Source: Candidatus Saccharimonadales bacterium
GTDB taxonomy: Bacteria > Patescibacteriota > Saccharimonadia > Saccharimonadales > DATKHC01
Reading direction: 5' to 3'
Assembly (NCBI GenBank): GCA_035510465.1
Contig: DATKHC010000001.1
Location: forward strand, 70,799 to 134,798
DNA: 64,000 bases
Every line of letters begins with the position of its first letter. The stretch's first letter is position 1. This document shows positions 9,819 to 20,021 of this stretch, piece by piece. The translations under genes and the position numbers were made by a program. The notes under the pieces are model-generated. The model was not told where the DNA came from. It worked only from the letters and a program-made list of their open reading frames with translations, and did no database searches.

Positions 9819-10274
9819 CTAGCCCGGTTGAGATTGTTGCTTCAACTTAGACAACCTTGGCATAAAACTTTGAGCGGCTGATGATAATCCAAGAACTTTT
9901 AGTGCGCCCAGCAATACATACAGTTCATCAATTGCGCTACTCTCAACCGTGCCACCAGATTCCAAACGACTAAAATAATACTCGACTTTATCAACTAGCC
10001 ATTTTTCTTGAGAGGGCTTCACTTCGTTTGTTTTTATGGTTAGCAAGCTAGAATGTTTGACTGGCTCCAGTGAGCGAGCCGAATGATCTCGTTTTTTTAG
10101 GTGCCCACGGTTAATTAAGCTATCAATATGAAGCGCTACGGTTGCAAGCGAGCTATAGTCGAGACCGTTTTTTACCTCACGGTAGCTAGGACTATAACCG
10201 TTGATACTAATAAACTGATCTATAAAGTCTAGTATGCGTTTTTGCTTTTTGGTGGGTCTAATATCCGTACTCAT
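9819..10274 (-). CDS. LexA-type winged-helix DNA-binding domain protein lacking the S24 peptidase domain
   Basis: The N-terminal KKQKRILDFIDQFISINGYSPSYREVKNGL...VALHIDSLINRGHLKK matches the LexA_DNA_bind pattern. The protein is only 151 aa and has no Ser/Lys peptidase motifs. Confidence 0.6.
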   Translation of the reverse strand: MSTDIRPTKKQKRILDFIDQFISINGYSPSYREVKNGLDYSSLATVALHIDSLINRGHLKKRDHSARSLEPVKHSSLLTIKTNEVKPSQEKWLVDKVEYYFSRLESGGTVESSAIDELYVLLGALKVLGLSSAAQSFMPRLSKLKQQSQPG

Positions 10275-10723
10275 GCTGATTTCCGTCTTGGGTATTTACT
10301 TGGGAAAACCCAGAACCTGTACCAAAAATAATTCCAAAATGTGAAGAACCCAGCAGAAACGAATTGGCCCAAATACGGAGTTATTCCTGCACTCTTTAAG
10401 CCTCGCACAATTAGATAATCAATCGCGAAATCAACTAAGGTTATAAATAGATATCGGCCGGTGACTTCTGTTCGGTGTTTAGCTAGTTTAGGATTATTAA
10501 ATACCCAGAAACGCTGGAGAGCGTAATTCACTATCCAACCAACAACATCGGCACCTAGCTTAGCTGGTAATAACGTAAGGTGAAGTGGTCTATAAAGTAT
10601 AAAGAAGACTAGGTAACCAGTCCAAAAGTATGCACCGCCACTAACTAAATATTCTGTTATCCGCTTAACTTCTCTGCGGTTCTTTTTTCTACCTAGCCCG
10701 AAGGGCAGTTTTTGACTTTTCAC
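10271..10723 (-). CDS. GtrA-family membrane protein (polyprenyl-phosphate-sugar flippase-like)
   Basis: 150 aa with 4 TM helices. It has the GtrA-like pattern (..YALQRFWVF.. and ..FFTFWNYFWYRFWVF). Its stop overlaps the LexA-like start (ATGA). Confidence 0.7.
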   Translation of the reverse strand: MKSQKLPFGLGRKKNRREVKRITEYLVSGGAYFWTGYLVFFILYRPLHLTLLPAKLGADVVGWIVNYALQRFWVFNNPKLAKHRTEVTGRYLFITLVDFAIDYLIVRGLKSAGITPYLGQFVSAGFFTFWNYFWYRFWVFPSKYPRRKSA

Positions 10724-12038
10724 GGGAGTTTTTTATTTGAGTTTTTTCCTCCTTTAGTATAACAGGTGAGAGAGCAATTCCTGCAAGCCCCCACCAAAGT
10801 AGGCTTAAGGTATCATCAGCCCAAGCATGAGAAACCATATTTACAAGACTAATGCCTATAAAAGTTGCAAATAAAAAGGCTGAAAGATTATCTGATCTTT
10901 TTTGCCAAAGCCTATAAGCAACAATTACATTTACGCTTAAAAACAAGACGAGACCTGCTATACCGAGCTCCTGGCCTATTTGTATATAGAAGTTTTCAGC
11001 TATCCTTGGCGGATGGTCGTTATGCTCTGAGGCAGGTCCAGCTGTCCCTGGTCCTTCGCCTAGGGGATGATCAATCACACTTTCAGCAGAGCTTTTAAGT
11101 GCATTTAACCGTTCAGAGTTAGAACTTATAGATGACCGCGAAGAACTTGACGTATGGAAGAAAACGTCCTCGGCCGTCAGGTTATGGCGTAACCCAACCA
11201 CTACCGCACCACCAACTAATACAGCGGCTACTAGGCAAGTTAAGAAAGCCTTGCGCCACTGGGGTTTTAGCCAAGATATATAAAATAGAACCGCCAAACT
11301 GACAACGACCCCAACATAGCCACTACGTGAATAGGTAAAGAACAGAGCAACTAAGCTAATAACGATTAATGCAGCTCTTAGCAACTTACTAGATTTAAGC
11401 TTAAGAGCCAGACCAGTAATCACGAGTATCAAATAAGCCCCAAATGGATCTGCACCTCTTAGGGTAGATTGAATTCTTCTATATGCATTGTTTTGATCTA
11501 CCGTGCTGTAGGCAGGTATTGTTTTAGGCCCGTAACCAAAGTGCCTTAAGAAATCAAGCGGGAGAACCAACTGCAAAAGGCCTAAGAATACTGTCACTAA
11601 TCCTGGGTAAATTATTATCTTATACCAATTTTTCCGAAGAAAATTAGTGAAGTAAGACAGTACCAAAACAACAAATAGAAAAGCGAAAAACCTGAGATCA
11701 ATTATCCAACCATCAGCGAGAGCTGAGTTATTCACTCGATCTGTCAATCTAGCCCACACCCCCAACCCTATGGTTAGTAAAGAGAACACAGCTATTAGTT
11801 GAATTAATCGGTCGCTAACTAGCCATTTTTTTAGTTTAGGTGTTTTATGAATCAGATAAAGTATAGAGGGCAACGTTAGTACAATCAAAGCTTCTTTCCA
11901 GGCTCGCCAAACATCTAGATGACCGAAGTTACTGCCAAGCCAGGTAGTTAAAAACTCGTGGAACGGTAATGCTACTAAAATAACCGCTACTAAGCCAGTT
12001 AGAATGTTTACAAGTGCTTTAGTTTTTGATTGTTCCAT
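10689..12038 (-). CDS. O-antigen ligase/polymerase-like (Wzy_C domain) polytopic membrane protein
   Basis: 449 aa with about 11 TM helices. It carries the FTYSRSGYVGVVV motif and an extracytoplasmic loop with conserved His/Arg, typical of the Wzy_C/WaaL family. Confidence 0.72.
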   Translation of the reverse strand: MEQSKTKALVNILTGLVAVILVALPFHEFLTTWLGSNFGHLDVWRAWKEALIVLTLPSILYLIHKTPKLKKWLVSDRLIQLIAVFSLLTIGLGVWARLTDRVNNSALADGWIIDLRFFAFLFVVLVLSYFTNFLRKNWYKIIIYPGLVTVFLGLLQLVLPLDFLRHFGYGPKTIPAYSTVDQNNAYRRIQSTLRGADPFGAYLILVITGLALKLKSSKLLRAALIVISLVALFFTYSRSGYVGVVVSLAVLFYISWLKPQWRKAFLTCLVAAVLVGGAVVVGLRHNLTAEDVFFHTSSSSRSSISSNSERLNALKSSAESVIDHPLGEGPGTAGPASEHNDHPPRIAENFYIQIGQELGIAGLVLFLSVNVIVAYRLWQKRSDNLSAFLFATFIGISLVNMVSHAWADDTLSLLWWGLAGIALSPVILKEEKTQIKNSREKSKTALRAR

Positions 12039-12062
12039 AAGTGTTACAATCTAGTATAGCTG

Positions 12063-13505
12063 ATGAAAAGTAATGCTTCTTTGCTTTATGATTGTATTTT
12101 AGTAATTGGCGATTTCTTATCGTTAGTCCTGGCTTTTGCCGTAGCCTATGTTCTAAGGGTTTCTCTGTCGCATCAGCACTTAGCATCACCTATTAAGTCT
12201 AGTAGTTATATAGAAGTCTTTTTACTCCTGCTTCCTTTTTGGATCCTAATTTTCGCCCTGCTTGGACTTTACAATAACAGTATTTACGAAAAACGTTTTT
12301 CCGAAGGAGGACGGCTAGCAATTGGGTCTCTAATTGGTCTTATGTTTGTTATTAGCTTTAGTTATGGTTTTAACAAACCTATTTTTCCTGCTCACTTAGT
12401 CGCAGTTTATGGCTTACTGTTGACGTTTCTCTTCTTAATTATATTCCGCAATCTGGCTCGCTATATACGGGGGACGTTATTCTCTTACGGTTTTGGGATC
12501 ACTAATGTTCTAATCGTTGGTGACACAAGCCTAACACATGAGCTAGTTGATTCGCTGTTTGATTATCGTCTATCTGGTTATCGGATCATTGGAATAGTTG
12601 GACCTAAAGAACACAGACATGAAAAATTTGGGCCTGTACCGCTCTTTGAATCATTTGAATTCGCCATAAATAAGCTTGGTCCCAATGTAATTCACAGCAT
12701 CGTCCAAACTCAGCTTTATTCGCAAACTAAAGACAATAACGAAATATTAAATTACGCTCAGTCAAACCACGTTGCCTACCGTTTTATTCCAGGTAATGGG
12801 GAATTGTTTGTAGGTAACATCAAAGTTGAGTTATTTCGCTCAACCATACCAGTTATAGCAGTTCATCAGACCCCTTTGGTCGGATGGGGTAGGATAGTTA
12901 AACGTCTGTTTGATGTGATCTTTTCTGTTCTAGCAATTTTAATTCTATCTCCAGTCTTTGTGTTAATTGCTCTTCTGATTTTTATAATTAGTCCTGGGCC
13001 AGTTATATTCAGCGATACTCGAGTAACCAGATTTAATAATCGAGTTAAGGTATACAAATTCAGATCCATGTGGCGTAAATTTAGCGGACGAGATCCCGTT
13101 GAATCCTTCCATAAACTGGCACGGCCTGACTTGGCAAAAAAATATGAACTAGCTCAGAAAATAGATAAAGATCCAAGAATCACTCCAATTGGTAAAATTC
13201 TTAGAAGATTTAGTCTTGATGAATTGCCACAGTTATTTAATGTTTTGAAAGGCGACATCAGCCTTGTAGGGCCCAGAGCGGTGATTGAAAGAGAGTTAAA
13301 ATACTACGAAGATAAAAGCTCCATGCTACTGAGTGTCAAAACGGGAATTACCGGATTGGCTCAAGTAAGCGGAAGAAGTAATTTAGATTACTGGGAACGA
13401 GCCAGGATTGATTTGTACTATGTCCAAAACTGGAGCTTTTGGATGGACATTACGATACTTTTCAAGACAATTCGAGTTATCTTTAACCGTAGTGGAGCCA
13501 GATGA
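12063..13505 (+). CDS. polyprenyl glycosylphosphotransferase (WbaP/CpsE-type initiating sugar transferase)
   Basis: 480 aa. An N-terminal 4-TM region is followed by a C-terminal Bac_transf domain (KRLFDVIFS..., VYKFRSM, DELPQLFNVLKGDISLVGPR). Confidence 0.9.
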   Translation: MKSNASLLYDCILVIGDFLSLVLAFAVAYVLRVSLSHQHLASPIKSSSYIEVFLLLLPFWILIFALLGLYNNSIYEKRFSEGGRLAIGSLIGLMFVISFSYGFNKPIFPAHLVAVYGLLLTFLFLIIFRNLARYIRGTLFSYGFGITNVLIVGDTSLTHELVDSLFDYRLSGYRIIGIVGPKEHRHEKFGPVPLFESFEFAINKLGPNVIHSIVQTQLYSQTKDNNEILNYAQSNHVAYRFIPGNGELFVGNIKVELFRSTIPVIAVHQTPLVGWGRIVKRLFDVIFSVLAILILSPVFVLIALLIFIISPGPVIFSDTRVTRFNNRVKVYKFRSMWRKFSGRDPVESFHKLARPDLAKKYELAQKIDKDPRITPIGKILRRFSLDELPQLFNVLKGDISLVGPRAVIERELKYYEDKSSMLLSVKTGITGLAQVSGRSNLDYWERARIDLYYVQNWSFWMDITILFKTIRVIFNRSGAR

Positions 13506-14623
13506 ACCGGGAACTAGGTAAGCTTAATGTCGCTATCGTCTGTGACTGGCTAACTAGCATAGGTGGAGCAGAGAGAGTAGTTTTTGCTCTTCACCAAATG
13601 TTTCCAACGGCTCCTATCTATACCTCTCAATACAATCCAAAAGCTATCAACTGGTCAAGTAATGCAGATGTTAGAATGTCAGGTTTTTTGCAGCGATTGC
13701 CTGTTGTACTCCGAAAATTCTTGCCAGCCTTCAGGGCTTGGTACTTTTCTCATTTAGATCTTTCTAGCTACGATTTGGTCATATCTTCGAGTGGAGCAGA
13801 GGCAAAGTCTGTCAGAACCGGCCCTCTAACTATCCATGTATGTTACTGCCACGCACCGACACATTATTACTGGATGCGTTATGAGTCATATATCAAGAAT
13901 CCTGGTTTTCAGAAATTTGATTGGTTAGCTAAATTTGGACTCAGGCTTTTGGTAAAACCAATGCGTCGATGGGATAAAAAAGTTGCTCAGAGACCCGACT
14001 ACATGATTGCCAACTCATCTTTTACACGATCAGAAATTAAAAAATATTATGGCAGAGACTCGGTGATCATCCATCCGCCAATTGATATTGACCGCTTTAG
14101 CCCGAAGGTTGAAAAAAAACGGTTCGGGTTTTTGGTCGTTGGGAGACAAACACCCTACAAACGTATAGATTTAGCTGTCCTGGCTTGTACTCAGCTCAAC
14201 TTGCCACTTACGGTTGTCGGGGATGGACCAGAAAACCATGCACTTCATAATTTAGCAGGTCCAACTGTCAAATTTGTAAGCGGAGCAGACGATGAGCGTG
14301 TTGCTGAACATATGCAATCTGCTGAGGCATTAATTTTCCCAACTGACCGAGAAGACTTTGGAATTACACCAGTTGAGGCATTAGCTGCAGGTACTCCAGT
14401 AATAGCATACGGTGGAGGGGGTGTGCTTGACTATCTAGTTGACGGAAAAACCGGCAGCTTGTTTCAAGACCTGAGCGTGGCTTCGTTGGCAAATTGTCTA
14501 GAAACATTTAATCCTGGACTTTTCAAAGTCCAGGATCTGAAAGATACAGCCGCGAAATTCTCTGCTCAAAAATTCGAAAAGAGGATGAGTGATTTCGTAA
14601 ACAATGTTATTTCAAAAACGTAA
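13502..14623 (+). CDS. glycosyltransferase family 4 (GT-B)
   Basis: The C-terminal EDFGITPVEALAAGTPVIAYGGGG...DGKTG motif matches the GT4/GT1 E-x7-E region. 4-nt overlap with the upstream gene. Confidence 0.85.
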   Translation: MNRELGKLNVAIVCDWLTSIGGAERVVFALHQMFPTAPIYTSQYNPKAINWSSNADVRMSGFLQRLPVVLRKFLPAFRAWYFSHLDLSSYDLVISSSGAEAKSVRTGPLTIHVCYCHAPTHYYWMRYESYIKNPGFQKFDWLAKFGLRLLVKPMRRWDKKVAQRPDYMIANSSFTRSEIKKYYGRDSVIIHPPIDIDRFSPKVEKKRFGFLVVGRQTPYKRIDLAVLACTQLNLPLTVVGDGPENHALHNLAGPTVKFVSGADDERVAEHMQSAEALIFPTDREDFGITPVEALAAGTPVIAYGGGGVLDYLVDGKTGSLFQDLSVASLANCLETFNPGLFKVQDLKDTAAKFSAQKFEKRMSDFVNNVISKT

Positions 14624-14689
14624 AATTTTAGAGTTTAGCTTAGAGGAGTTAACTTAATCAATTAATGATTATTGTTTATACTTGATTGG

Positions 14690-15685
14690 ATGAAGGTCTT
14701 GATTACCGGAGGAGCAGGTTTTATTGGCTCAAATTTTGTCCATTACATAGCCAAACATAGACCAAGTTGGCAGATAACAGTCTTTGATAATCTGACTTAC
14801 GCCGGAAATCTAAGTAACTTGATTGGTTTAGGTAAAAGTAAATACACATTTATTAAAGGTGATATTTGTGATGAAGAGTCAATAAATAATGCTGTTGGAT
14901 CGAATGATCTAGTTGTTCACTTTGCTGCTGAATCGCACGTCGATAACTCAATTAACTCACCTTGGCCATTTGCTAACACTAACTTGATTGGAACTTATTG
15001 GGTCTTGGAAGCAGTACGCAAAAATAAAAAACGTCTTCATCATATATCTACAGATGAAGTCTTTGGAGATTTGAGACCGAATGACCCTAAATTTAGCGAG
15101 AATAGTCCGTACAAACCATCTAGCCCTTACTCTGCTACAAAAGCCGGTTCTGACCATCTTGTTCGTGCCTGGACTAAAAGTTTTAATATTACCGCAACCA
15201 TTAGCAATTGTTCGAATAACTATGGCCCCCGACAACATCCTGAAAAGTTAATCCCAAGACATGTAACTGAAATCATCGAAGGCAGAGAACCGAAACTTTA
15301 CGGCGAAGGAACTAACATAAGAGACTGGATACATGTCGATGATCATAATTCTGCAGTTTTAGCCATAATTGAAAAAGGCAAGAATGGCGAGACTTACTTA
15401 ATTGGCAATAATCAAGAACAAACCAACAAACAAGTACTTGATGCGATTTTAGATATTATGGGCAACGACGCAAATTACTTTGAGTTCGTAGAAGACAGGC
15501 CCGGACACGACCGACGTTATGCAATTGATTCAAGTAAAATTAAAGAGGAATTAGATTGGGAGCCAAAGTACAAAAACTTCAGAGACGGATTAGTGGACAC
15601 TATTAATTGGTACAAGGATAATGAACAGTGGTGGAAACCTCAAAAAGCTAATACCGAAGAGAAATATAAAAAACTGGGCAGATAA
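14690..15685 (+). CDS. rfbB: dTDP-glucose 4,6-dehydratase
   Basis: MKVLITGGAGFIGSNF, the catalytic YSATKAGSDHL (YxxxK) and near full-length RmlB-like sequence. The ATG at 14690 is preferred over the TTG at 14672. Confidence 0.95.
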   Translation: MKVLITGGAGFIGSNFVHYIAKHRPSWQITVFDNLTYAGNLSNLIGLGKSKYTFIKGDICDEESINNAVGSNDLVVHFAAESHVDNSINSPWPFANTNLIGTYWVLEAVRKNKKRLHHISTDEVFGDLRPNDPKFSENSPYKPSSPYSATKAGSDHLVRAWTKSFNITATISNCSNNYGPRQHPEKLIPRHVTEIIEGREPKLYGEGTNIRDWIHVDDHNSAVLAIIEKGKNGETYLIGNNQEQTNKQVLDAILDIMGNDANYFEFVEDRPGHDRRYAIDSSKIKEELDWEPKYKNFRDGLVDTINWYKDNEQWWKPQKANTEEKYKKLGR

Positions 15686-15686
15686 T

Positions 15687-16262
15687 ATGGCAACTTTACC
15701 AACAACTGAATTTATAAAAAATGAGACGGCTATACAGGACTTGATTATTTTTGATGTTAATTTTGTGGGTGATGAACGTGGCTATTATCAAGAAAACTAT
15801 CAAAAAGCGAAATTAGTAAAAGCTGGTATGTCTGACAGCTTTAATGTAGTTCAAAACAATATATCCTATAACAAGTTGAGTGGAGTAACTAGAGGATTCC
15901 ATGCAGAACCATGGGATAAATACATTTCTGTTATAACAGGTAAGGTATTTGCGGCATATGTTGACTTAAGAAAAGGCAAAACTTTTGGCAAAGTTATAAC
16001 TATAGAGATTACACCAAATAAATCAGTCTTTTTACCAAAGGGAGTAGCGAATTCATTTCAAACTCTAGTTCCTGATACATATTATCTATATAGCGTTAAT
16101 GATTTTTGGAGTAGTGAGAGTTACGAGAAATACATTTTCGTAAATCTAGCTGACACCGACTTAAGTGTAGCTTGGCCAATACCTTTAAGTAAGGCCATAC
16201 TAAGTGATCGAGACAAAAAGCACCCTAACCTTTCAACAATATCACCTATGGAGAGCCTATGA
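15687..16262 (+). CDS. rfbC: dTDP-4-dehydrorhamnose 3,5-epimerase-like cupin
   Basis: RGFHAEPWDKY...GKVFAAYVDLRKG matches the RmlC core. The ATG at 15687 lies 1 nt after the rfbB stop. It is embedded in the rfbB-C-D-A operon. Confidence 0.85.
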   Translation: MATLPTTEFIKNETAIQDLIIFDVNFVGDERGYYQENYQKAKLVKAGMSDSFNVVQNNISYNKLSGVTRGFHAEPWDKYISVITGKVFAAYVDLRKGKTFGKVITIEITPNKSVFLPKGVANSFQTLVPDTYYLYSVNDFWSSESYEKYIFVNLADTDLSVAWPIPLSKAILSDRDKKHPNLSTISPMESL

Positions 16263-17110
16263 AGGAATCGGAAATATTAGTAATTGGCGCCGGTGGCCAA
16301 CTTGGTAGCGTCTTAACTACTAAATATCCAAACGCGCGGTCAGTCGATATTCAACAGCTAAATATATCTGATTTTGAAAGTATCTCTTCATACAATTGGA
16401 AAAACTCAAAAATAGTTATTAATGCTGCCGCATATACTAATGTTGACGGCGCAGAGACAGAAGATGGACGAATAGTCGCCTGGCAATCAAATGCGGTAGC
16501 CATTGCTAATCTCGTAATGATATGTGAAGAAAATGATTTAACATTGGTACATATTTCTACCGATTATGTATTTGACGGTAAGAGAAAAGTTCACGATGAA
16601 GAAGAGCCATTTAGCCCCCTAGGTGTATACGGGCAAACAAAAGCTGCTGGTGATATTGTTCTAAGCACGCACAAAAAAAAATATATTTTGCGAACATCTT
16701 GGGTTATAGGTGAGGGCAACAATTTTATAAGAACTATGATAAATATAGGAAAGAAAGGTATCGATCCCGTGGTTGTATCAGATCAAATAGGCCGACTCAC
16801 ATTTACTGACGAATTAGTAAGGGCAATAGATTATTTATTATCGAATGAATGCCCGTATGGTACTTATAATGTAACTAATGACGGCGAATCTGTTTCTTGG
16901 GCTGAAATAACAACTCAGGTGTTCAAGTTGGCCAATCTTAAGAACAAAGTAAAGGAAATATCGACTCACGATTACTATAAAGATAAGCCTGAAGCAGCTA
17001 AGCGCCCATTAAATAGCACGCTTGACTTAACTAAGCTTCACTCAACCGGTTTTAAGTCTAAATCATGGTCAACTAGCTTAGAAAGCTATGTAGAAAAGGA
17101 ACTACAATGA
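16259..17110 (+). CDS. rfbD: dTDP-4-dehydrorhamnose reductase
   Basis: VIGAGGQLG Rossmann motif, YGQTKAAGD (YxxxK) and RmlD-like length of 283 aa. ATGA overlap with rfbC. Confidence 0.9.
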   Translation: MKESEILVIGAGGQLGSVLTTKYPNARSVDIQQLNISDFESISSYNWKNSKIVINAAAYTNVDGAETEDGRIVAWQSNAVAIANLVMICEENDLTLVHISTDYVFDGKRKVHDEEEPFSPLGVYGQTKAAGDIVLSTHKKKYILRTSWVIGEGNNFIRTMINIGKKGIDPVVVSDQIGRLTFTDELVRAIDYLLSNECPYGTYNVTNDGESVSWAEITTQVFKLANLKNKVKEISTHDYYKDKPEAAKRPLNSTLDLTKLHSTGFKSKSWSTSLESYVEKELQ

Positions 17111-17970
17111 GAGGAATCATACTTGCTGGTGGTTCGGGTACTAGACTATATCCAATTACATTAGCGATCAGTAAACAACTTGCTCCAATTTACGATAAGC
17201 CGATGATTTATTATCCCTTAAGCACCCTCTTAAGTGCAGGAATACGTGAAATACTAATAATCTCCACTCCGCTGGATTTACCGAGATTCGAGCAATTGTT
17301 GGGAGACGGAAGTCAAATTGGATGTAAGTTTAGCTATATAGAACAAGATAAGCCAAGAGGTCTAGCAGAAGCATTTATACTTGGAGCTGACTTTATTGAG
17401 AACGATAGCGTAGCCATGATATTAGGCGATAATATTTTTTACGGTTCGAGCTTTAATCAAAAATTAAAACAATACACAAACCCCAGCGGAGGAATAATTT
17501 TTGGTTATCAGGTAGAGGACCCTAAACGTTATGGAGTAGTAGAGTTTGATAAAAATAATGATGTAGTATCAATAGAAGAGAAACCAAGTAAACCTAAATC
17601 AAATTACGCAATACCTGGCCTTTACTTTTTTGATAATGATGTAGTGAGCATAGCAAAAACGGTAAAACCAAGCGTTCGCGGAGAAACTGAAATCACTGAT
17701 ATCCACAATTTTTACTTGGCAAACGGCAGGCTCAAAGTAGCACTGCTTGACAGAGGCGTAGCCTGGCTTGATACGGGTACCTTTGAGTCAATGAATCAAG
17801 CATCACAATTTGTGTCAATTATTGAAGCAAGACAAGGATTAAAAATCGGTTGTATTGAAGAGGTAGCGTGGCAACAAGGATTTATCAATAACGACCAGCT
17901 CGAAAAGCTAGCGCTAAAGCACAATAAATCTGGGTATGGACAATACTTATTAGGGATACTGAGCGCTTAG
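17107..17970 (+). CDS. rfbA: glucose-1-phosphate thymidylyltransferase
   Basis: MRGIILAGGSGTRLYPIT, with the RmlA signature conserved throughout. 287 aa. Confidence 0.95.
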   Translation: MRGIILAGGSGTRLYPITLAISKQLAPIYDKPMIYYPLSTLLSAGIREILIISTPLDLPRFEQLLGDGSQIGCKFSYIEQDKPRGLAEAFILGADFIENDSVAMILGDNIFYGSSFNQKLKQYTNPSGGIIFGYQVEDPKRYGVVEFDKNNDVVSIEEKPSKPKSNYAIPGLYFFDNDVVSIAKTVKPSVRGETEITDIHNFYLANGRLKVALLDRGVAWLDTGTFESMNQASQFVSIIEARQGLKIGCIEEVAWQQGFINNDQLEKLALKHNKSGYGQYLLGILSA

Positions 17971-17987
17971 ATTATTTATGTAATAAA

Positions 17988-19985
17988 CTAGTCACTGCAC
18001 GCTAATTGTGTCAACTTGAAACTTGTTTTACTATTATCGCTTGATGATATCTCAAATTTGGTTGGACTGAAATTCTGAGTGCTATTGTCTGTTAGAAAAG
18101 GTAGCCACGGTTTTATATAAAGTCCATCCGATAACGAAGACGGAATAGATCTAAAACTTTCGGTCTGTTGACCGTCTATAGTTTCCGTTGTATAGACCGG
18201 GTCTTTATATATAAAATACTTTATCTTATATAAAGTAGGTATCTGTATATTTACTCTTAGCTCTGTCGTATTCGGTAGAATGCTTACTACTTGGCCTAGA
18301 CTATTCTCACTACTCGTTGACGTACATTCACTTTTTGGGACTAAATGCTTATTGATGCCGAGTATATATAGACCTTGTGCTGAATCACTGGCAACTATTG
18401 AATAATTTTGCTGTATATATCTATATGTCATGGGTAAATCTTCGAATGGTAATCTACCATCAATACTAGCAACCGAGGTATCCCAGAATATAAAGTAGTT
18501 TGGATGACGCTCAATATAATTTAGGTCATATTTGTCATATAACTCAGTAGGTTGAGCATCAAAAATTTGTAACGAGGGTGAGTATAAGTATTTAACAGGG
18601 TTAAATGTCAGTAAGTAATATATATTGTTATTAAGTCCCAATACATATTGTTCGCTAGGGTTTATATGATTTCTCACTAGGTAGGAAATGAAGTTTGCTC
18701 TGAGGGGTGCAGTTTGTTTAATCAATTCATTTGTAACATCCTGGCTTTGTTCTTTTGAGTATAGAAAAGTATTGTAGTTATAGTAGTTAATGACATCGAT
18801 CAAGCTTACCTGTTTTACTATAGCGTCCCGGTTAAAATATTTGCCAGTACCTAAATTTCCAAGAATTGATATTGTGTATCCTGTTCCTATGACAACTACA
18901 ACGAACACTATAAAACCAATTAGTACTGTTGCTCTTTTTGATATTTTCGAAAATAGTCGGGATTGTAAGATAAGATTCGTAACCACCCAAAATACAAATG
19001 GCAAGAACACCATTAAATGTTGGTCTGAACGAGTAATAGCTTCTTTAAGAGCAATAAATATAACCCAAAGTTCACCCAATACAATACTAAGATTGAGTAA
19101 AGACGGTTTAAGCCAAACAAACTTTAACCTTTTCTTGTTATTTATTAGAAGTCTATATAGTTTTGTGATCGCATAGACAATGAACAATGCAAAAAAAGTT
19201 GCAACAATCTTCGGGTGTAGGGTGTTATTCATAAACTGGCTATAAGCCAAACTATTAATTAGTGAAATCCAAAGATATCTAGGTAAGCCTACTGGAGAAA
19301 TTCCGTCAAATAAAAGAACTATCAATGGTAATAGTAATAGAAATAAAATCCCAAGAATTTTTTTATATAATTTTGTTGTTGAATAGCTTAGGCCAACTAT
19401 AAAAAGTATTGGAAATAAGACTATTAGGTAGTTGTTTTTATATGTAGAAAGTATTATTAAACCCAAGCTGGCTAGTAGTTTATATTTGAATTCTTTTTCT
19501 TTAACAAGATAGTAGTATGTTGCGATTAATGTAGTGTAAAAAAGAATATCAACACCAAGATCTATTGGCAGAGCACAAATAATGGCGACCGCAAAAACCC
19601 CCAGACATAAAATTTTTGATTTAATATCATAATATTTAAATGAACGAAGCAGGCCAAATAAACACAGAGCTAAAATTACAGTAATTATGAATATACCAAC
19701 AATAAAGTTATGAGCGGTGTCTAGATTATCAACAATTGAAATAATATGGTGTGAGAGAGGGCCATACGTATAGTAAACTCCGTTCCCAAATGACTGATAA
19801 GAGTGATGTCTGAATGATGCAATCGCGTACTCCCAGCCCTGCTCAATATTTGGCGACAATGAGAAATATGCAAACGTGCCAAAGAACAACATCACGTAAA
19901 GAAAAAGACAAACAACAGCAAGGACCCAAGATATTTTATGTCCCGATATTTTAACTATTTTTTTTAATTTACTTAACAAAATCAA
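17988..19985 (-). CDS. large polytopic membrane protein of unknown family (candidate GT-C-like glycan-processing enzyme) with C-terminal soluble domain
   Basis: 665 aa. About 12 TM helices occupy the first 400 aa, followed by a 250-aa extracytoplasmic-looking domain. Very AT-rich. It lies inside the glycan locus. Confidence 0.5.
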   Translation of the reverse strand: MILLSKLKKIVKISGHKISWVLAVVCLFLYVMLFFGTFAYFSLSPNIEQGWEYAIASFRHHSYQSFGNGVYYTYGPLSHHIISIVDNLDTAHNFIVGIFIITVILALCLFGLLRSFKYYDIKSKILCLGVFAVAIICALPIDLGVDILFYTTLIATYYYLVKEKEFKYKLLASLGLIILSTYKNNYLIVLFPILFIVGLSYSTTKLYKKILGILFLLLLPLIVLLFDGISPVGLPRYLWISLINSLAYSQFMNNTLHPKIVATFFALFIVYAITKLYRLLINNKKRLKFVWLKPSLLNLSIVLGELWVIFIALKEAITRSDQHLMVFLPFVFWVVTNLILQSRLFSKISKRATVLIGFIVFVVVVIGTGYTISILGNLGTGKYFNRDAIVKQVSLIDVINYYNYNTFLYSKEQSQDVTNELIKQTAPLRANFISYLVRNHINPSEQYVLGLNNNIYYLLTFNPVKYLYSPSLQIFDAQPTELYDKYDLNYIERHPNYFIFWDTSVASIDGRLPFEDLPMTYRYIQQNYSIVASDSAQGLYILGINKHLVPKSECTSTSSENSLGQVVSILPNTTELRVNIQIPTLYKIKYFIYKDPVYTTETIDGQQTESFRSIPSSLSDGLYIKPWLPFLTDNSTQNFSPTKFEISSSDNSKTSFKLTQLACSD

Positions 19986-20021
19986 TCCTTGATGAGCTTG
20001 GCAAATTTATATATCCTGGTT

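Noticed and set aside
16673-16681. A9 homopolymer inside rfbD as a possible phase-variation tract
   Set aside because: It encodes KKK in frame within an AT-rich genome where such runs are common. There is no evidence of frameshifted alleles from a single sequence.
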